DNA of 62,918 nt, counting the filler, from Choristocarpus tenellus KU-1152 (taxonomy: Eukaryota; Protista; Phaeophyceae), in the NCBI GenBank assembly GCA_964200185.2. It is 12 parts of 12 records of this genome, joined end to end, with 100 filler letters (N's around TTAATTAATTAA, not from the genome) between each part and the next. Parts side by side here need not be neighbours in the genome. Positions count along the whole stretch, not along the records: positions 33,875 to 42,512 come from CAXNAD020004504.1; positions 42,613 to 47,079 come from CAXNAD020014411.1; positions 47,180 to 51,049 come from CAXNAD020017479.1; 9 more parts are not named here. The stretch is one strand, 5' to 3'. The position numbers were made by a program, and so were the translations under genes. Of this stretch, positions 37,899 to 50,358 are shown in pieces. Position 1 is the first letter of the stretch; each line of letters begins with the position of its first letter. The notes beneath the pieces were generated by a model. The model saw nothing but the letters and a program-made list of their open reading frames with translations, was not told the DNA's origin and did not search any database.

Positions 37899-39360
37899 GT
37901 TTCCTGTTCTCCTCAAACCCCACTAACCATCAAAAACTTCAAGGCATCCTTCATCTCTCACATAATCCATTCGATCATAATGCAACACCCCAACAACGAC
38001 TTCTTTGTTTTGTGTTCTTTGACTTTTTACAAAACTAGGCCTCATGCTTGTGGGTTAGTGATTTGTCGACACGAGTTCGAACCCTAACTGGGGTGCATTT
38101 TTATTTTCTGGTAAATCAGTGGATGTCCTCAAACCAAACTGGATATCCAATAGCAAATGAGTGGACGGAAGGAAGAGACCTAGTTGGGAGAAAGGGATAG
38201 AATAAAGATCAAAGCCGAAAGAAGGGGTAGAAGGACAAATAGGAGCAGGATTAAGGCAGCTTCTGAACAATCTTTCCCATCCACCCAACCTCCCAATCTT
38301 TCACGATTGAATGGGATGTTGGGAGGGGGGAGAGGGACAAGTTATGGTGGGTTATAGGTCTTATACCTCAAAGACATGGCATGGGAGGGTTGTTCGAGTG
38401 GATTCGCGAAAATTGGCCGCTTTTTTTGGTGATCGATTGGACACAGTGACGGACATTGACCGCAATGGTTGATGACTGTTTGGTGACTGGAAACCAGTGG
38501 TGAATGTGGGCGTGTTGTTGGTGTGTTAACAAAGTCGTGGTTTGATGTTGTGGTATGGAGTGAGTGGTGTAACATCAGTTGAGGGGAGTGGAATGGATGC
38601 AAGGCTATGACGAACCTAAGCAATTAATCCAGAAATTTTGATCTACGAAAAACAAAATGTCACAACTATTCCTCATACGCCTAGCCCATAACTGCGCCAC
38701 TGGTGGCAATTTATTTTTCATGAATTGAAACATTTATGTACACATATATTTAGGTTGTAATTTTGGGTCAGTAGTGAAAGCGTGTATCGGCGACCTTCTT
38801 GAATTTAGCAAGTTCTATCCCCTTCGAAACCAGACTTCATCTCACACAAAATTTGTATTCAAATATGCTATTCAAGTGCCAAGTGCTACGGATTGTACAC
38901 CTATTCTATATCCTGTCTGTGCCTTATCACAAGACATCGGATAAATATCAATGTTGAAATTTCAGGGTGGGTCCAGCAGAGGATTCGAGGGAGGAGACGA
39001 AGCGACGGCTGGTGGAAGTCCTGAACCCAATCCGTGCGAAGCAAGGGAGGAATGGAGGCACTACAATAAGCTGTAATGCAATATTTATTCAGGACAATAG
39101 TTGATATGAGAAGCAGTACAATATGTAGTGCTTCTGATCACGGGTTGGGATCATCCCCGACCAATGCACGACAAATAATAGTATTATAGGCAAGACATTA
39201 GGTGAAAGCTACTTTGACCTTTGACTGCCCGCTAGTGAGCTTTGGGGGCTTCTCTATCGTCCTTGACCACTACTTCGATTGATATATTGAAGCAACGGAT
39301 ATTGGCATTTTTCAGATCCGATTGTTGATTACTGATACACCCTGGAAACTCCAGGAAACT

Positions 39361-39590
39361 ATGCTGCCTCGCAACTCTCGATCTTACAGGCTTAGAGTGT
39401 GCAGGTGCATGGTTGGTTCGTTGTCTTGGTGTTTGCTATTGGTGCAAATGTGTGACTTGGTTGAGTCCTTCACATCAAACAATGTAGAACGTAAAATACG
39501 TGTCAGAGTTTCCACAAATGGGGAAAGATGTTCTCAGTGGGCGAGCCCCAGCAAAACATCCTTATCTACCCTCCAAGCACAAGTCTCGAG
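39361..39590 (+). CDS. Probable first exon of a plastid-targeted protein (bipartite signal and transit peptide)
   Basis: MVGSLSWCLLLVQMCDLVES|FTSNNVERKIRVRVST...: hydrophobic core, Phe at +1 after an ASAFAP-like site, then an S/T/R-rich region. Divergent from the PPR gene. Downstream exons were not found. Confidence 0.4.
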
Positions 39591-39846
39591 GCAATCTATC
39601 ACCTGACATTTTTTGTATATATAGGGGGGCATGTCAAACCCTTGTACCCTGAACGCCTCAGCCCTCCAGCATAGAATAAACCCTCACCCTATACGTAGGG
39701 GCAACCCATTGCCTCCAATGGCTTGATAGGGGATGAGAAAAACAGAGTAACCACAACCCATTGTCTTAAACACAAGCAAGGCAAACTACTGTTGTAGGTA
39801 CTACTAACTGTTAACGCCTCAGTACCTTATATTTTTCTTACTAGTT

Positions 39847-39950
39847 GGCTCAAAGTATCTGGGGAGGGTGGCGGCTGTCCATTTGGGGCCATTTTTACAT
39901 GCACAATTTTGTATGATTTGATTGCATTCTTTGGGTCAATAATGTATGTT
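39847..39950 (+). mobile_element. MITE family C left part
   Basis: ggctcaaagtatctggggagggtggcggctgtccatttggggcc. Confidence 0.75.
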
Positions 39951-39984
39951 CAAGCAGCCTGTTACCTACAGTATTCATCCACCA

Positions 39985-40410
39985 CCAATGGAATAGATGC
40001 TGCTGCAGCTGAGGTGTGAAAGTGTACCAACGACGAGGTTTTTTTTTATCCTAGTAGTTAAATCTCAACACCTTTCGCAATGGAAGGTTTTGAGCGCCTA
40101 AGCGAGCAAACAGGCAGAGTTTCCTGGTTGAGGTGGCAACCGGCCGCCTATGTAGTAGAGAGGAGAGGGGGTGGGGGTCATTGAAGGAAAGGGGCTGTCA
40201 ACTCCCATTTGAGACAGATAGTGTATGTTACTGCAAAATGGTGGCTCTCTCAACACGCGTCATGCGTTTGAAGCTAGAAATACCGGAGAGGTGGACTAGA
40301 TGGAGTCTGACAGATTCTTGGGATGGTTCCTTAACTCATACCTAGCTTCGCGGGCAGTATACACATTAGTCGGTAGTGAACAACCTTCTAAAGGATGTTG
40401 TAGCGTTAGT
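39985..40410 (+). mobile_element. CRE-like non-LTR 3' fragment
   Basis: Reverse-complement homolog of 40815-41170. Confidence 0.65.
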
Positions 40411-40417
40411 TTTGAAA

Positions 40418-40677
40418 GAATTAAAGTATCTTAGAGGGTAGAGTCGTGTCCGTTTGGGGGCCAAAATCCAATGTTGCGATCTTGATGTAATTTTGGCTAT
40501 TGTGTTTGTTAGGAAGTGTCAATATCCTTGTTTCGGATACAGCTTTCCATAATATATACATTTTACCTACTCCAAAACATTTCAGATTAGGTAAAATGTC
40601 ATAAAAAAAAACGTGGGAAACCAAGCCCCAAACGAACAAATAAGGCAAAACTCGTACCCTCTAAGATACTTTCACTC
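40418..40677 (+). mobile_element. MITE family A, copy A8
   Basis: Family A TIRs; 3-bp TSD AAA. Confidence 0.9.
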
Positions 40678-40814
40678 AAATGGAAATCATATAACCTACA
40701 GCAGTAGTAGTATTTAGTAGTAAACACGATACCTTACAAACTGTTCATATACTTCACTCATTACCCTCGTTGACAACTCTTTAAATTTCCCAACAAAACC
40801 AAGCACCTACTACT

Positions 40815-41170
40815 GTGGATATGATTTACTATTTTACTACCAGCTATGCTACACCGCTCCCCTCCTATACCTCCAACCTACCTTTGCCCTATTCCACAGG
40901 GCGAGGAGCTTGGGAAGCATCCCAGGAATCTGACAGACCCCTTCTTGCCCATCTCCCTGGTGTCTCCAGCTTAAAATGTATGACATGTCTTGATAGAGTC
41001 GCTTGTGTTGTGACAGGCACTATCTGCCGTAAATGGGACTTGACAGCTCCTTTCCTCCTGTAGGCTCGTGCCCCTCTTCCCTACCACGTGCGTAGCCAAC
41101 TCATCCAGAAGACTTTCTACTTGCTTACCGAGGCGCCCAAAACTTTCCATAGTGAAGGTGTTGAGGTTAA
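40815..41170 (-). mobile_element. CRE-like non-LTR 3' fragment (RLE tail and 3' UTR)
   Basis: Encodes LNTFTMESFGRLGKQVESLLDELATHVVG, the ExxG-type motif of the restriction-like endonuclease tail. Confidence 0.75.
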
Positions 41171-41454
41171 AACTGTGTATATTATTATTTCCCCTCACAT
41201 CTTCCAAATTATGAGGGAAAAACTCAAAACCAGTATCACAAGGACCCCGATAAAAGTAATACTATCAGTACAGTAGTAGTAATAGTAGTAGTTGTTGTCT
41301 ACTATTAATATCATCGTACTACTACTGGCATATGTAAGTGTGCAGATTTAGATTGCTGTTTGTGTCAGTATGGAAAAAGAGAGAAGAAAGAGATGGGAGC
41401 CTCACACGATTCCCCTTTGCTGAAACGCGAAGAGATCATTGAAAAGAAGAGTAA

Positions 41455-42400
41455 CGTGATTATAGATGGGACCTAGTTTAGCACCTGCTGCTTCTAGAAA
41501 GAATCACTAAAAGGAATAACTTACAACTTTATCAGAAAACTCTATGATGTAGAAAGATGTTCCGAACATGTCGACCTTCAATCTATTGTATTATTATTAT
41601 TATGCCCTCTGACATTTTGTAGGTGTGTCAGGGGAAAAACCAATGAAAACTATCCATATGTCAGAAAACCCCCTAAAAAAGTAACAGTTGTCGTAAATGT
41701 GAAATCATTAATCTATTTACTATTTTACTACCAGCTATGCTGCACCACTGCCTTCCTGTACCTCCAACCTAGCTTAGTCCTGCAGAGGAGCTAGGGAAGC
41801 ATCCCACGAATCTAACAACCCCCCCCTTGCCCATCTCCCTGGTATCTCCAGCTCAAAACGCATAACACGTCTAAATAGCACTACTTGCGTTGTGACTGAG
41901 ACTATCTGTTGTAGACGGGATTTGAACGCCCCCTTTCTACTGTAGCCTCCTGTCCCTCCCCTCCAACCCAGTGCGTACCTAGCTCATCCAGAAAACTTTC
42001 CGCTTGCTTACGGAGGCGCCCATAACTTTCCACCACGAAGGTGTTGGGGTTTTTACGAGGGTCAAAATATTATTATAGATGGAGGTTGGTTTAGCACCTG
42101 TTGTTTCTAGGAAGAATCACTAAAAAGGAATAACTTATAACGTTCTCAGAAACGTCCATGATATAGAAAGATGCCCCGAACATGTGGATCATTTTGACAT
42201 TTTGGAGGTGTGTTAGGGGAAAAATTGATGAAAGGCCATATCAATATCAGAGCAACCCCTGAAAAGGTATCATTTGTCATAAATTGGAAAGATATCTCTC
42301 CAATATATTTTTATGATGCCCTCTGACATTTTACGGATGTGTCAGGGAAAAATCAACAAAAAATATTAACATGTCAGAATAAACCCTAAAAAAGTAGTAT
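41455..42400. repeat. Locally duplicated AT-rich repeat units with a CRE tail copy (41715-42066, minus strand) inserted
   Basis: 41460-41700 is duplicated at about 42070-42290, with a further unit at about 42310-42400. Confidence 0.7.
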
Positions 42401-42408
42401 TTGCCATA

Positions 42409-42450
42409 GGGTCAAGGTATCTGGGGGGGGGGGGGGGGGGGGGGGGGCCA
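42409..42450 (+). mobile_element. MITE family C/D end with poly-G near the contig end
   Basis: gggtcaaggtatctggggggg... Confidence 0.6.
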
Positions 42451-42612
42451 CACCCCGGCTTTAATTTTTTTTTCTTTTTTTTTTTTTGTGGGGTTTGTTT
42501 TTCGCTGGTGGGNNNNNNNNNNNNNNNNNNNNNNNNNNNNNNNNNNNNNNNNNNNNTTAATTAATTAANNNNNNNNNNNNNNNNNNNNNNNNNNNNNNNN
42601 NNNNNNNNNNNN

Positions 42613-45600
42613 CTTGAGTCCGTCCTCGTCCCCGCAACCCCCTTGGCATACCCGGTCATGAGTACAAACGTCATAAACGACATTAGTGGAATGTACAAGT
42701 CTGGGGCATTTGCGTCCTCCAGCGGTCGGGCATACATGGCCTTCCCCTGACAAACACACAATAATTAACTTAAATTAATTTGACAGCTGTCACCATGATC
42801 AATCACATCAGGGTAATGCCAACAATTGAACCGTACTGTACAGTAGAAGTGGAGAAAGAGTGCACCATTTTCACTCATGTTTCACACTCATGTTTCACAC
42901 TCATGTTTCACATTCCAAGTATGCAGTAAGCACATGCCCCTGCATGAAAAACTGCACGGTATGCTCCACCTCCCTAACCCTAAACCTAACCCTAACCCTA
43001 ACCCTGAACTAAACTATTGGGTCTCCAATGTAAAGAAGACGTTTCATGATATACATATTTATACATACCTATAATTTTTTTTATCTGACCATGTCACTAG
43101 TATTAACATCTTGGCCTTACTCGTATCACTGTTGTTATCACTGCTATGTTATTATCACTATTGTTATCACTGTTGTTATCACTGCTATGTTGTTATCACT
43201 GCTGTTATCACTGTTGTTATCACTGCTATGTTGTTATCACTGCTGTTATCACTGTTGTTATCACTGCTATGTTGTTATCACTGCTGTTATCACTATTGTT
43301 ATCACTGCTATGTTGTTATTTTGTCTTGGGGATCATTGAACATCGACAGGACAAACCTGGGCCAATGTCTTTCTCATGCAACATGCAGGTGGTAAGACCT
43401 GCATGAGGGTCATCCCTGTACCATGTATTGCTACACCAAGTACTGTCTCTAACCTACCCCAGACCACCACTCCACCAAGCACTACTGTATGAAATACTAC
43501 CACACCAAATGTGGTTCTACCATGTGCTGCTACAACACATGTATCCCTCCCCAGTACCACCATTTTACCAAGTACCAATATTGTACCAAGTACCAGTGTG
43601 TTTTGCAAATTCCAAGCCCAACTCAAACATGATCAAGTACCTACCCTGAGACCTTGAAATCAAGCATTCCACTAGATAACAGGTCTAGACACACTAATCC
43701 TAGCCCTAAGGCATGTTGGATAGGACAGGTTAGGCATAGGGATGCAGCATCTAGGAATGGGGAACTTGAACAATAAAACCAGGCCCCATGCCTGCCTTCA
43801 AAATCTCTTCTCCCAACTCCAGTCAAACATTGGGAAGGGCTGGGGTTAGGGTTTTTTTGCTGCCAACAACTCAACCCTAACCCCAACCCTAACACCGTAC
43901 GACTCAGGGTTAGACTCACTACCTCAACTCCAATCAAACCCTAACCCTAACCCTAACCCTAACCCTAAGTACAAGAACTTGAAAAACACTTGGAAGTAGT
44001 CTTTTTAATCAACAACAAAAAAAATCACCTTCCACTCACATCATCTTTACGCTCACCCTCTATAGGGATACGAAACCAGTCCTTCTTAATCACCGGTAAG
44101 AGCAGCACCTTCATCTTCTGCATCACATAGGTGTTGTTCACCTACAGATAGAACAGTCCAGCCCAGTAGAAAGATTCGAGGTATGCAACCAACAGTCGGG
44201 CATTGTGGAAATAAAAATAAAAAATATATAGTACAACATGTTCAACCCATTGACCAATGAGAATGCATCCTTTGTCAAATGGATTCATCTGAGTCTGAAA
44301 ACCCAGTCTACCACTGATAAGAAAACTAAACACTACTAGACAAGCTAGTTCACATCGCCATAAGAGATCACATACCGATATGCATCCGTTCTGTGAAAAG
44401 AGATCAATACAATTCTTTTCCTGTCACTTACCTATGCAAGGAATACTCAACTCATGACATTCAACTCCTGAGCACATGAGCAGTAAAAACCTATCCCTAA
44501 CACTAACCCCAAACAGTACAACGGATGCAACAGCACAAGACTCAAACAAAAATACATGACAGAGTGATGGCCAGTGCAGTCTCTTTAACCCAGTATCCCC
44601 ATTCTGAATCTCAACCCCAAAACCCAAACCACCTCGAAAACCATGAAAGAAAAACCTCCTACACTCCACACAAAGTAAACCCAAATAAATCGACAAGCAG
44701 GAGATTTTCTATCACCTCCATGATCAGGTAGAATGTCTTCATCGTGTACCTTAGGATGAAATGTCCTTCCTGCCTCAGTCAAAAACTGAACTAAGCGGAT
44801 AATGCCGAAAACGGATCTACCAATCACATAATCGTATAATGAAATCTCTTTTTCTGAACAAGATCAGAGAAATGCAACAAAAAAGTAGTGACTCCACCAA
44901 TCAATACCTACACAAATAATAATAGACCCACTGTTGGGACAGGATTGGAACAGACACTCGGTGTCAGGAGGCAGAGCAGCAACCAGAATGAACAAATACA
45001 TATTTACAACAAGCAGATACAAGCAATGAGTCTCTTCAGCAAAAAATAACATAATAGATATAAAAATAACCCTGATTCTGACCCTGAAACTGAACCTGAC
45101 CCTGGCCCTGACCTACCGCGAAGTACCCCTTGAGGATGTACCACCATCCCGATACCCTTGGCTGGTACTGTGCCACATTACTTTGGAAGAAACTTTTCGC
45201 TGCATTCCCCCCCATGTTGAGCATCTGGAGGAAACGAAACAGTAGAAACACACAGATGGGAAGAAGATCGTTGACGCGGCGCATCTAGATGCATGGGGGT
45301 GGCAGTGCGCGAGGATGTTGTAGGTTCGTCAGGTATCAAGTCCTAGAGTGCAAAATGACCGAAACGAGGTACCGAAGACACTTACGAAATCGAGAATAAT
45401 TTCAGTGGGAGAACTATCTCGTATTTATCTCGTTGAATGTAAGGGTTCGTGGTGATGTTGGGTTACGGGTGAGACTACACATAACACTACCTGGTTACGA
45501 GCAGCAGGTCCTAGAACGGGTACTCACAGACACGCCACTGATATTTCCACCCAACGCAAGCTCTTACCACCCACACCAATTCCTAGGCACACATGTAAGC

Positions 45601-46156
45601 ACCCCCAATTATTTTGGTGTCAAAGCATCCGTTGTGACATGACCTGGGCGTTAACTCCGTCAGGAGCCCACTGCTGCCAATCCAAGGGCTGCTGGTGGTC
45701 CTGCCCAGCCGGCTGCGGCAGTGGTTGCTGATTTCCACTTCTACCACCCATACCGAACCCTTGCCCACCTTGTTGCACCACCCCAGATCCTCCAACCTCA
45801 CCACCCCCATGCCCTGACACACCAGACGAAGAAAACTGCTTGCCAGCCCCCATGCCAACACCAGGCATTTTCCTTACTCCTCCAGCTCCGGCCACAGACC
45901 CACTACCAAAGCCAGATCCGGTTGTGGCCCCATATCGAAGGCTTGTATTTTCCTTGCCTCCTATTGGCTGCCCAAAGGTACTGCCGCTATACTCCGCTGG
46001 AACACCAACCCCTCGTCCCCCACCGTAGTTCACCGAGGTGAATCCTCCACTTCCACCGCCAGCTCCGTAGGGATCTTGATCTGATCCTTCAAAACTCCCG
46101 AAGCCATGACTTCCTTTTTTCTCTTCTGCATAGCCTCCAGGCCTTGGCAGACTCAT
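42613..46156 (-). CDS. YIF1: YIF1 ER-Golgi membrane protein, first 4 exons, 3' end off contig
   Basis: Exons 46156-45644 (Gly/Gln-rich N-terminus), 45224-45117 (…ILKGYFA), 44141-44040 ([16 protein letters not shown]…) and 42746-42613 (…[22 protein letters not shown]). The YFAVNNxYV and [10 protein letters not shown] motifs are diagnostic. Confidence 0.93.
43125..43320. repeat. Minisatellite of 12- and 15-bp TGTTATCAC-based units in a YIF1 intron
   Basis: Repeated tgttgttatcac, tgctgttatcac and tgctatgttgttatcac units. Confidence 0.92.
43844..43967. repeat. Cluster of telomere-like TTAGGG/CCCTAA tracts in both orientations, in a YIF1 intron
   Basis: ggggttagggt, aaccctaaccccaaccctaa, cagggttag and (aaccct)5. 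Confidence 0.8.
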
Positions 46157-46888
46157 TTCCTTTATGGTCTTATCTTTGTGTAGGTTCTTCACTCAAACTA
46201 TCGAACAAACCCTATCGGAATGCGCGACGAGAGTTATCTGTCGTGCGGAAACGCGCGAAATTTTCCCTTTCTCACTTGGTTTGGTTTGCAACCTTCACTC
46301 CAGCACAGGAATATCCAGGTTCGAGTCTAGGTAAAAGATCTCAGATTTCTACTGTCATAGAATACGCGCGTCAGAGGTGACTTGGGAAAGTGAACTTGTA
46401 ACTTGACTATCTTCCCCTGAACCACGAAAAGGGAGACGTAAAAAGATCTGGATCGTGGTGGTGAAGATTGCTTGTGGACAAAAGGAGTACACACCAGATT
46501 CGAGGGAGAAGGTGCTGACCTCCCCAACTCATCTTAGCACTCAATGTGAGCAATCAAGAGAATGGACAGGAGGGGGGAAGATTGCCAAAAGGTTGCCTTG
46601 GTCCTACCCCATTAGAATTTCTTCCCGGACCTTTGAATTTGACCTTTCATTCTGTCTATTCATCCCCAGGGCCTTTCCCAGCAGTAATTCTGCAACTCTT
46701 TTGATTTTAACTTCTCGATCATCTTGTCTCCTGTCCAGCCATCCACTCTGTTATCCTTTTGTCTACTCTCCCTAACTTTTCTTCTCCTGTCACGAAGTCA
46801 TATCATAACCTCGGCGAACTCTCACACTCCAAATCTCGCATCTCTTCATATACTATCCCTACAGAAGGCTGGTCAGTCAAGGGTCTCT

Positions 46889-47079
46889 GAGCCAAAGTAT
46901 CTTAGAGGGTAGAGCCGTGTCCATTTGGGGGTCAAAATCCAATGTTGCGATTTTGACGTAATTTTGGCTATCGTGTTTGTTAGGAGGTGTCAATATCTAT
47001 GTTTCGGGCACACCTTTTCATGACGTATACATTTTACCTACTTCCTAAACACTTTGGAGTAAGAAAATAGCATAAAAAA
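46889..47079 (+). mobile_element. MITE family A copy truncated by contig end
   Basis: gagccaaagtatcttagagggtagagccgtgtccatttgggg... Confidence 0.9.
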
Positions 47080-47270
47080 NNNNNNNNNNNNNNNNNNNNN
47101 NNNNNNNNNNNNNNNNNNNNNNNTTAATTAATTAANNNNNNNNNNNNNNNNNNNNNNNNNNNNNNNNNNNNNNNNNNNNCTAATTACTACAAAACCGATA
47201 TTGTACCATATAGATTCTGTGCCGCTTTTTTCGGACATATCCATGGGTGCACAAAATCGGGGTAGGTACT

Positions 47271-47378
47271 TTATTGACATTTCCTAACAAACACAATAGC
47301 AAAAAATACATCAAAATTGCAACATTGGATTTTGGTCCCCAAACAGACGCGGCTCTACCCTCTAAGATACTTTGACTC
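47271..47378 (-). mobile_element. MITE family A partial copy
   Basis: Ends taccctctaagatactttgactc. Confidence 0.85.
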
Positions 47379-50098
47379 GAAGGACACAGGTTTGCACACA
47401 ATAGTATGTTGATGAGGATAGGTTTGCAGAGCGGAGGAGTTCCTCCGCGCAAGCCTCAATGAATCGATATGTCATTCCGATGTTCAACTTACCATCCTCG
47501 GACATAGGCAGTACATCTTCTTCGCTGTCTGCCAAGTCCACATCACTCCCCTTCAAGTCCGATGGTATATTTATGGCTGATACCTCGCCACTGCTACTTA
47601 CAGGAGAAAATATATTCCCCAGCAAGGTAACTGGGGGGGTTACAGGCGTTCTTTTCCCCTTGCGAGTGGGAACGTGCTTATCAGAAAGTGAGCCCTGTAG
47701 AGATCCGGAAACCCTAACACTGACAAAATCTCTGGAAGACATTTGCCTTCTACAATTTTAAAGAAGACATTACCCTTCTCCTCATTCTTCAACAGTAATC
47801 TCTTTCCCACCTTTGAAACATAGGGATAGGTCGGAAGTTTGTAGTGAAAACGGGTTAGGTTTCATACGGACGTAATAGAAGTCAGTATCAGAGTCTGAAT
47901 ACAGTCCTAATGAACACGGATATTTCCTGTCTCTTAATTTGGTAACGGATTCAAACACACAAGAAGGTCGAGAGGTAAACCGTCAACACAGTATAAATTA
48001 CCTTCTCCGATAGGATGTGCTATTCTTTTGCAACCTCCTCAGGAGAGGGAGGGTTGGAATTTCCTCCGGCGTCGGGGTTGATTTCGAGCCTTGCTTTCTC
48101 CTTCAGTTCCTTCATCTTCAGGATAGCAACCTCGAGGACGGCCTGCTCGATGAAACGTTGTTTCAGGTGCATTCTCCTTATTGAATGCCAGTTTCTGTTT
48201 ACCTGCGAATAGGGGGAATTCATCCGTCTCAGGGATAGAGATGCTAGCCTCCTTTTGTGTTTCATCTTCGGTACTCTTCTTCCCTTTAGAAGGCTTCTTG
48301 GCCTTGATGGAGTGCTCTTTCTTGGCGTGGACACTTCTCAGGGTAGTAGAGAACTACGGAGGCGAATTGCGTTCGGAGTGGCCAAGGACAGAAATTGTAT
48401 GTTGTGAGCGTTTTAGTCGTTGTAAAAGTACTTTGGATGATACAGTTAGTGAAGCGATGTGATTTGTACCGCTATATTTATCTGTGCATAGGGTTAGAGA
48501 CGATTCCTCACGGATCCGGGGCTAACCCATTCTTCCAGAAAGGTTTTCGTTCCAAACCGCGAGGGACAGGGGGAAAGCAGGTCAGTTGACAATTTTTCAG
48601 CCGCCTTGTACGCAAATATATGAGCTGCTTACTCCGCGATGTCGTCTCGTTTACGACCTTGAGGAGTGTCCTCTCCAAGGATGGAGGGGACCCTTTACAG
48701 CCAAGACATTTGTGCACATTCGTGCAAAGTTCTGCATCCTGGTTTGCTTCTGGAACTACACACAAGGAGGGACGAGAATACAGTGTTTTCGGACAATGGG
48801 AAATGAGGTGGTGCAAGGACTGGAAAACAAAACTAGTGAGGGCAGCGATAGTCGCCACCCATTGTGAGAACAATATTGATCCCTCGTTGTAAACATCGGA
48901 CTGTTAACTACGGAATACGCAACATCCATGGAACGCGGGAACGTCTACTACGCGCAATCAGATAACTAACCAACGGAGATTCTTAGTTCTCCTCCACGCC
49001 TTTTTGGTTTTCTCTATCAGAATCAATATTACCCCGTATAGTTCATTTGGCTTCACTTTCCAATGATCGTGATTGGTCCTACTTCGGATACAAACCTTGC
49101 TTTAGATGAAGTCTACTGAAGATACAAAAATTGATGCTAGCGGGAAAGCGATGGACACGCTCCGATAGGAACAATTTCGTATGCCGAAAACATGTAGCAA
49201 AATTTTTTTTGCTGCCCTAATTCATCTATATCATTCACTGTTGGCAGTTTGTTACGAGGAACTAAATCTTATCCAGCAAATAAATGGTATTTTCCCACCG
49301 AATATGACCAGTCTATTTCTAGGAAAGCATTAGAACCTGGTAATACTTAACGGTGAGTCGACACACAAGATGACAACCCCTTTTATGCCCGATGATATAC
49401 CAAAACACTGGTTCCACTCACCAGTTGCCTGTAGCTGTAGCTGAATCCGCCACTGTTCTTGAGGGATTCCCCAGCGGCCTCACGGTTGGCATTCCAGAGC
49501 ACCGTGAACGTATGTACAGCCCTGAAATCGAACTTACCCTGTGGGTTGATTTCTACATCATTAACGAGGAGAGGGTGACGACAGAGATGTTATGTAATCT
49601 GAGGATGAGAGTAGAGTTTGTCATACCATTGGGTTATACCGTGTCTGCCTAGGTATTTGTATCGAGGCATCAACTCTACATACACAAAAAATGATACGAC
49701 CCATTGTGGTTTGTCTCCTATCTCTAGAAAGCAAAATTGACTTGGCTCACCGCGATCGGGGCAAAGGCATATTCAGTAATAAAAAAGAAAATTGGAGTTG
49801 TGATCTATTCTTCAGGGAATTACGTTTTGACATTCGGTGTGTGCGATGAGGGATCAATGTCTGTGCAGCCACATTTCATCAACGGCGCGTTCTTAATATT
49901 GCAGACTGGATTGTTTTTACTGACATTCTTGGAAATGTACTGCACTTACATCGTTGGTGTCCCTCCTCTTGTGGTCCTGCCACACATCATACAGAACATT
50001 CTTTAGCTCATCAGTTCCTGGTGGCAGAGTGATGAGGTCGGCGAAAGGAGTTGTATCGTTAGATTACAATTCAGCGGTTGTTCGAGTCGACCAGAATA

Positions 50099-50358
50099 GA
50101 TTGAAAGTATCTTAGAGGGTACGCGTTTTGCCCTGTTTGTCCATTTGGGGCTTGGCTTCCCTCGGGTTTTTTTTATGACATTTTCCTACTCCAAAATAGT
50201 TTGGATTAGGTAAAATGCGTACGTTATCAAAAGCTGTGTCTAGAACAAGGGTATTGATACTTCCTGACAAACACGATAAACAAAATTACATCAAAATCGA
50301 AACATTGAATTTTGGCCCCCAAATGGACGCAACTCTACCCTCTAAGATAATTTGGCTC
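50099..50358 (-). mobile_element. MITE family A copy at the junction with a Copia fragment (no TSD)
   Basis: Both TIRs present; flanks ata and tga do not match. Confidence 0.9.

Noticed and set aside
35876-37926. Multiple ORFs overlapping the PPR gene
   Set aside because: They are antisense or alternate-frame shadows of a GC-rich coding region.
49737-50006. CDEGSM as a RecD/PIF1 helicase Walker B motif
   Set aside because: There is no Walker A motif or correct spacing, so the match is too weak.
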